Source of the DNA: a virus
Strand: one strand, 5' to 3'
Length of the DNA: 40,366 nt
Virus genome (UHGV): UHGV-0203373
A program made the translations under genes and the position numbers. The notes under the pieces are model-generated. The model worked only from the letters and a program-made list of their open reading frames with translations, had not been told where the DNA came from and searched no databases. Of this stretch, positions 35,584 through 40,366 are shown in pieces; position 1 is the first letter of the stretch, and the number at the start of each line of letters is the position of its first letter.

Positions 35584-37559
35584 ATCAAGATACCATAAAT
35601 AACGATTTGCGCACGAAGGATAGCACCGCCTCTCGTTTCCAAGCACGAATCATTTCTATCTATAAGGACTTTATGAGACAGTCCGCGACTGAAATGAGTA
35701 AGTATTGGAATCGTTGGGACGAAAATATGGTCAACTATTCTGGATACCGCCGTGCAGACGCTGAGGATAAAAAGAATGTCGAGAAAGGTGGTACTGCCAA
35801 GATTTATGTTCCTATCAGCTACGCTCAGGTGCAAACCGCTGCCGCAGGTATTCTTGGTTTGATTAACCAGAAAGAACGTTTGTTTGAACTTATTAGTTTT
35901 GGTCCGGAAGACCAATCGATTGGAGAAGGTCTTGAACGAGACATTGACTATCAAGTTCGTTATAATCGTATTTATTATTTTCTTTATCAATATGTGCTTG
36001 ACACGCTTATTAAAGGTGTCGGCGTTGGTCGTTGCGATTGGGTTGTAAATAAGTCGAAATACCGCGTTAAGCGTGAAGTTCCCGTTCTCAGCACATTGGA
36101 TAGCCTTGCCGCTGCAATGGGAATGAACGTTCAACCGAGAATGGAAATTCAAGAATCGGTCGAAGAACTTGTGCAATATGAAGGAAATAAAATTTCCTAC
36201 ATCAGCCCTTACACCTTTTTCCCCGATACTTCTGTCTCGCTCAACGAATTTCAAAAAGGTAGTTTCTGTGGAACAGAACAAAGCCTTCCGATTATTTCGC
36301 TTAAAGAGAAGGAAGGCACTCTTTATCACGGCACAAAGTTCGTTAACCAACATATGGTTAGTGGAGATTTCTGGGGAGGTCGTCCTCGCTATAGTGGCAC
36401 ATTTAAAAGACCGGTTGAAGATACTTCAACAATGGTTAACACCATTCTTGGAAACCGCTTCTCGACGGGTAAAGACTGCGATGTTGTCGAGCTTTATCTT
36501 AAACTTATACCCGCAGAACTTAAAGAAGTTGACCCCGAGATTGATGTCGGCGACGAAACAACTCCGGTTATGTTTGTGTGCACAGTCGTTAACGACAGCA
36601 AAGTTATCCGCTTTGAACGTTATAACGAGCTGCACGGTATGTTCCCGTTCTTTGTAAGTCAATATTCACCTAACGGCGATGACTATGTTGGTCGTGCAAT
36701 TCCTGACCTCTTGGAAGGATTGCAAAACCTTATCTCTTGGCTCGTCAACAGTCGAATGCTTAACATTCGTCAAGCAATTAAAAACAGGTTTATTGTTGAC
36801 CCTGCGAAGATTGAAGTGAAAGATGTACAGTCTGGTGGACCTCTTATACGAACAAAAGGCCCAAGTGGTGTTGCAAATGGAATTACACCTGTGCCCGTCA
36901 GTGACGTCACTTCCCAGCATATTCCCTTTATTAGCGTATTGCAGACGATTGCTCAAATTATTACCGGTATTAACGAGAATGCTTTGGGTCAATATTCTGC
37001 AGGAAGACGTTCCGCCTCTCAAACACGTGGCGTGAATGCTTCAGTGCAAGCACGACTTGGAATGGCTGCCAACCTTATTTGGTTTAGCGGTCTTGACCAA
37101 CTTGGGCAAATCGTATTGAGTAACACTCGACAGTTCAGGACAAGAGAAACTTATGAGCAGATACTCGGTAATGATGCACAACGCTATCCTTACGACGAAG
37201 TAATTCTTGCTGACCCGCAACGTATTGCTGGTGGCTATGACTTTGCCCCGCTCGAAGCTCTGACCGACAGTGGTAAAGCACAGCTTCTTGGTCTCACGAA
37301 AGAACTTCTTGGCAATGCTGACCTTATCCAAGCGTGTAATCTTGACCCGGATAAACTGCTTGGCTATATGTTCAACGTTGCTGGCGTCAAGAATTACGAC
37401 TATTTCAAGCGTGAACAACAGCCCACTCCTGCAGGGACACCGCCTGTCGAAGTCGTTCCTGACCAGCAAATTGCTGAAGGCGTAGCAAATGGACAACTTC
37501 AGCCCACTGCTGGTGGCGATATGGTTGGTCAGCTTCTACAGGGGCTTCAGCCACAATAA
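35580..37559 (+). CDS. Portal protein
   Basis: 659 aa. DTLIKGVGVG, ISPYTFFPD, FPF...GRAIPDLLEGLQ...QIITGINENALGQ...SASQ podophage portal pattern and Q/P-rich tail. Confidence 0.88.
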   Translation: MNQDTINNDLRTKDSTASRFQARIISIYKDFMRQSATEMSKYWNRWDENMVNYSGYRRADAEDKKNVEKGGTAKIYVPISYAQVQTAAAGILGLINQKERLFELISFGPEDQSIGEGLERDIDYQVRYNRIYYFLYQYVLDTLIKGVGVGRCDWVVNKSKYRVKREVPVLSTLDSLAAAMGMNVQPRMEIQESVEELVQYEGNKISYISPYTFFPDTSVSLNEFQKGSFCGTEQSLPIISLKEKEGTLYHGTKFVNQHMVSGDFWGGRPRYSGTFKRPVEDTSTMVNTILGNRFSTGKDCDVVELYLKLIPAELKEVDPEIDVGDETTPVMFVCTVVNDSKVIRFERYNELHGMFPFFVSQYSPNGDDYVGRAIPDLLEGLQNLISWLVNSRMLNIRQAIKNRFIVDPAKIEVKDVQSGGPLIRTKGPSGVANGITPVPVSDVTSQHIPFISVLQTIAQIITGINENALGQYSAGRRSASQTRGVNASVQARLGMAANLIWFSGLDQLGQIVLSNTRQFRTRETYEQILGNDAQRYPYDEVILADPQRIAGGYDFAPLEALTDSGKAQLLGLTKELLGNADLIQACNLDPDKLLGYMFNVAGVKNYDYFKREQQPTPAGTPPVEVVPDQQIAEGVANGQLQPTAGGDMVGQLLQGLQPQ

Positions 37560-37576
37560 TGATAATCACTAAAGTG
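37556..37576 (+). promoter_or_regulatory. Fur-box-like dyad, copy 6
   Basis: ATAATGATAATCACTAA-AGTG overlapping the portal stop. Confidence 0.55.
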
Positions 37577-37583
37577 TAGAACA

Positions 37584-37787
37584 ATGCTTGAGAGTCAGTT
37601 TAAAGAATATATCACCGATTTCGCGCAAGAGCAAGCTCAGCTTTATGCAGATGACATTCTTGGTAGCCCTGCTACAAATGAAGAGGAACTTCTTCGTAAA
37701 GAAGCTAATGCTTGCGTTTATCGCTTTTTAAAACAGCTTCCAGACCAACTCTGGAGTTATATCGAAACCAAACTACCAAAGGAATAA
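37584..37787 (+). CDS. Small conserved-position protein between portal and scaffold
   Basis: 67 aa helical protein. Call is by synteny. Confidence 0.6.
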   Translation: MLESQFKEYITDFAQEQAQLYADDILGSPATNEEELLRKEANACVYRFLKQLPDQLWSYIETKLPKE

Positions 37788-37788
37788 A

Positions 37789-38694
37789 ATGGACGTTAAC
37801 AATATCACAGACCAGCAGCCGGCAGTCAGCGACACTGATGTGTTCGAACCAACGCCGGTCACCCAACCCCAAGACACACCTCCCGCAACAAGCGAGCCGA
37901 CCGGCGAGCCTCCCTCCCAAGCCGAAGGCGGTCAACCCGCTTCATCGCCGTCTTCTTCCACCACCTCTTCCCCCGACCAGACTACGAACACCACCGCGAC
38001 TCAGAAAACCGACGCGCCCGTGTATGTAGATGCGAAACAGTTGGCTGCTGAAATGCAAGCACAGAAAGCGGCAAATGAACCTGCCCCGCAGATGTCGCAA
38101 GAAGAAATTGACAAGATTCTTCGTAATTATACTATCGCAGACAACGAAGTTGAAGCATTTCTTAATCCCGATACGCCGATTGCAACGAAAGCCAAAATGC
38201 TTAAGTTGTTCATTCAGCGTGGCGTTGAAAATGCTGTTGCACGAAGCACTGTTATTGCGACAGATACAATGCAAAAGTTTTATCAGAACGAATTTGTTCC
38301 TGTTCAGAAAACTGTTTCTTACAATAGTGCGCAATCTTCGCGTAAACAGTTTTATCGGGAATATCCCGGTTTGGAACAATATCAAGACGCAGTCGCTCTG
38401 GTAGCTGAGTCGGCTGCGCATAATCCGCAGGTAGCAAAAATGACTGACCGTGAGGTAAGTAAATTTGTAGCTGACCAAACGACCGCAATGCTTCGTAAAA
38501 CTCTTCCTAATTTTGACCCGAAAGTAAAATCCGATGGAAGCTCGTCTGCTACGTCTGTAGCTTCTGCTGTTCCTAAAGCGACTCAGAGTAGTTTCGTATC
38601 CGGCACAAGGGTGACAACCAATCCATCTAACGGACATCTTCCTTCGTCTGGTTCGTCAGATGCTGACATCTTCGGTGACGAAGGACTACAATAA
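37789..38694 (+). CDS. Capsid scaffolding protein
   Basis: P/T/S/E-rich disordered N-terminus and helical core, immediately upstream of the MCP. Confidence 0.7.
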   Translation: MDVNNITDQQPAVSDTDVFEPTPVTQPQDTPPATSEPTGEPPSQAEGGQPASSPSSSTTSSPDQTTNTTATQKTDAPVYVDAKQLAAEMQAQKAANEPAPQMSQEEIDKILRNYTIADNEVEAFLNPDTPIATKAKMLKLFIQRGVENAVARSTVIATDTMQKFYQNEFVPVQKTVSYNSAQSSRKQFYREYPGLEQYQDAVALVAESAAHNPQVAKMTDREVSKFVADQTTAMLRKTLPNFDPKVKSDGSSSATSVASAVPKATQSSFVSGTRVTTNPSNGHLPSSGSSDADIFGDEGLQ

Positions 38695-38705
38695 AGGAAT
38701 AAAAT

Positions 38706-40100
38706 ATGGCAGAAGAAAATGTAATACTTGGTCTTCCGACAGTTGCAAAACTGCGAAGCAAAGACTTGGTTAATGAGTCGATTCGTCGTCGCATTATCCA
38801 CAGCTTCCCGAATGGGGGCTCTCCGTTGTGCGCTTTGTTGGCGTGGGCAAAAATTCAGAGTATTAACAACACGAAGCATACTTGGTATGAAAAGATTTAT
38901 ATCTCTCCGCGTGCGAATGCTCGAGGCACTAACCCTGCAACTTCAGACGCTCCGTCGACTGGCGATGCTGATGACGGCACAGCTTTGGCAGCAGGTGCAA
39001 AAACGACTGGTACGGAAATCTTTATTAAGGTTGATAGTACTGCAAATCTTGCGATAAAGGACGTTATTCGCATTCCTGCGTGGGACGTTCCCGTTATTGT
39101 TGTTGACATTACGCGTGGTGTTGCTACGGATACGGCGAAAGGTTATATCAAGGTAAAGCCCTTGAGAAACTTCACTTATGCAGTAGCAGCAAAGATTAAC
39201 GCGAGCGATGTTCTTGACGTTGTTGGTTCGGCTTATGCTGAAGGTTCGGGGGCTGGTGCATCACGTGGTTTCCGCTATCCTGCGAATCTTATGAACCAGA
39301 CTCAAATCTTTAAAGAACCTTACGAGTTCACTGGTTCAGCTGCAAAGACTGACTTGAAGTTTGACTCGACAGGTATCTACAAAGAATTGTCTATGGACGC
39401 GTGTCGTAATCATATGTGTAAGATTGAAAAGTCTTTGATTTTTGGTCAGCGCACGACGACGCAGGACGCAAACGGTCGAGAAATCAGAACGATGTCTGGC
39501 GTACTTGAGTTCTTGAAACTTTGGGACGCTGGTGCAACGGGCTTGACTATCGATGGTCAAACTTATGCTCCGTTTGATTTTAAAGACGCAACGACGACCG
39601 ACACAGACAATCAGAAACGCTTCATTACAAATGCCGATGGCAAAGTCAGTATTGACCGTCTTGAACGTTGGTTGCGCAACATTAATCTTTACAATCAATC
39701 GAAGACGACCGACCGCCTCTGCTTGTGTGGTTCGCAGGTTATGCTTACGATGTCGAAGATGATGAGAGACCAAGGCTCGTATATGTGGCAGCAGGGTCAA
39801 GACTTCTTCGGTACAAAGTTCAACCGTCTTATTACGGCAATGGGTGATATTGTCTTTATGACGCACCCGCTCTTCAACGAAAATCCGCTCTACAATTCGT
39901 CGGCATTGTTCATCGATATTTGGTCTTTGAATTTCCGTCCGATGCAGGATAGAGACTCGAAGATTGTCAAAAACATTCAGGCGAATGACGAAGACCTTCG
40001 TAGAGACCAGTGGATTACGGAAGGCACGCTCGAGTTCTGGAAACCGCAGAACCATATGTTCGTGCAGAACTTCAGTGAATACGACAAAACTGTCGCCTAA
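38706..40100 (+). CDS. Major capsid protein (HK97 fold, SU10/DUF5309-like)
   Basis: KHTWYE, GSAYAEGS, NQTQIFKEPYEFTGSA, IEKSLIFG, RTMSGV and DQWITEGTLE motifs, with a beta-rich insertion. Confidence 0.88.
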   Translation: MAEENVILGLPTVAKLRSKDLVNESIRRRIIHSFPNGGSPLCALLAWAKIQSINNTKHTWYEKIYISPRANARGTNPATSDAPSTGDADDGTALAAGAKTTGTEIFIKVDSTANLAIKDVIRIPAWDVPVIVVDITRGVATDTAKGYIKVKPLRNFTYAVAAKINASDVLDVVGSAYAEGSGAGASRGFRYPANLMNQTQIFKEPYEFTGSAAKTDLKFDSTGIYKELSMDACRNHMCKIEKSLIFGQRTTTQDANGREIRTMSGVLEFLKLWDAGATGLTIDGQTYAPFDFKDATTTDTDNQKRFITNADGKVSIDRLERWLRNINLYNQSKTTDRLCLCGSQVMLTMSKMMRDQGSYMWQQGQDFFGTKFNRLITAMGDIVFMTHPLFNENPLYNSSALFIDIWSLNFRPMQDRDSKIVKNIQANDEDLRRDQWITEGTLEFWKPQNHMFVQNFSEYDKTVA

Positions 40101-40121
40101 TAAAAAGAAAGGACAAAATAT

Positions 40122-40319
40122 ATGGCACTCGACGGTAAAGTTGGCAACATTGACTTGTATGGAAATACCCCGCCCAAAGGTGTAAATCCGACAGAGAACA
40201 AAGGTATCGAACCAATGATGACGCCCGTTCGTGAAATGAACGAAGCGAACAATCCCGGTCCGGACTATTCTGATGGACGCATACCCCGCGGTCAGGTAGG
40301 TAGTGGTATCGACAAGTAA
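40122..40319 (+). CDS. Small hypothetical capsid-associated protein
   Basis: 65 aa, AAAGGA RBS, between the MCP and the terminator. Confidence 0.6.
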   Translation: MALDGKVGNIDLYGNTPPKGVNPTENKGIEPMMTPVREMNEANNPGPDYSDGRIPRGQVGSGIDK

Positions 40320-40327
40320 AACAAATG

Positions 40328-40364
40328 GGTAGCAGGTGTAAAAAGCCTGCTACCTTCCCTTTTT
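40328..40364 (+). terminator. Rho-independent terminator after the capsid genes
   Basis: GGTAGCAGGT-N7-GCCTGCTACC stem followed by TTCCCTTTTT. Confidence 0.7.
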
Positions 40365-40366
40365 AA

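Larger units (their letters stand above)
1..40366. mobile_element. Podovirus-type dsDNA bacteriophage genome, apparently complete and circularly permuted, probably lytic
   Basis: Terminase, portal, scaffold, capsid, nozzle, ejection and replication genes are all present. There are no host housekeeping genes, no tape measure or sheath and no integrase. The + strand gene order is continuous across the window ends. Confidence 0.9.

Noticed and set aside
35445..40055. Long antisense ORFs (302, 231 and 239 aa) opposite portal, scaffold and MCP, and other overlapping ORFs in the track
   Set aside because: Shadow frames of well-supported genes, with no motifs or RBS.
1..40366. Host assignment, temperate lifestyle, alternative genetic code, tRNA genes
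   Set aside because: The host cannot be supported without spacer or homology searches. No integrase or CI-like repressor was recognised. Standard-code ORFs tile the genome, and no cloverleaf was seen.

Overview
The window looks like a complete or nearly complete, circularly permuted 40.4 kb podovirus-type phage genome: the gene order runs on from the end (major capsid, terminator) into the start (tail genes). Two arms diverge from an AT-rich non-coding region at about 29.3-30.2 kb. The + strand arm (30230-40319, then 4-11161) encodes TerS, TerL, a LamG-type tail fibre, holin-like proteins, portal, scaffold, major capsid, adaptor, a split nozzle, a GNAT protein and ejection proteins. The - strand arm (29316-11135) encodes many small early genes, a Mu-gpI-like protease, SleB hydrolase, ATP ligase, PD-(D/E)XK nuclease, AAA_24 ATPase, SSB, ParB-methyltransferase fusion, UDG-like/PolA polymerase, MazG, Lar, an RHH protein, DUF4406 and a DUF3987-like helicase. 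I recognised no integrase, RNA polymerase, primase, tRNA or CRISPR array. The most unusual signals are at DNA level. These are (1) 160-300 bp zones nearly free of GT/AC dinucleotides, one of which overrides protein coding; (2) a Fur-box-like dyad at six gene junctions; (3) two inverted, three-block structured elements between the tail fibre and holin; (4) strong over-representation of AAGGCGG; and (5) strand-skewed GC islands inside core genes. All family calls come from motifs recognised by eye, and all counts were made by eye. No database search was run.
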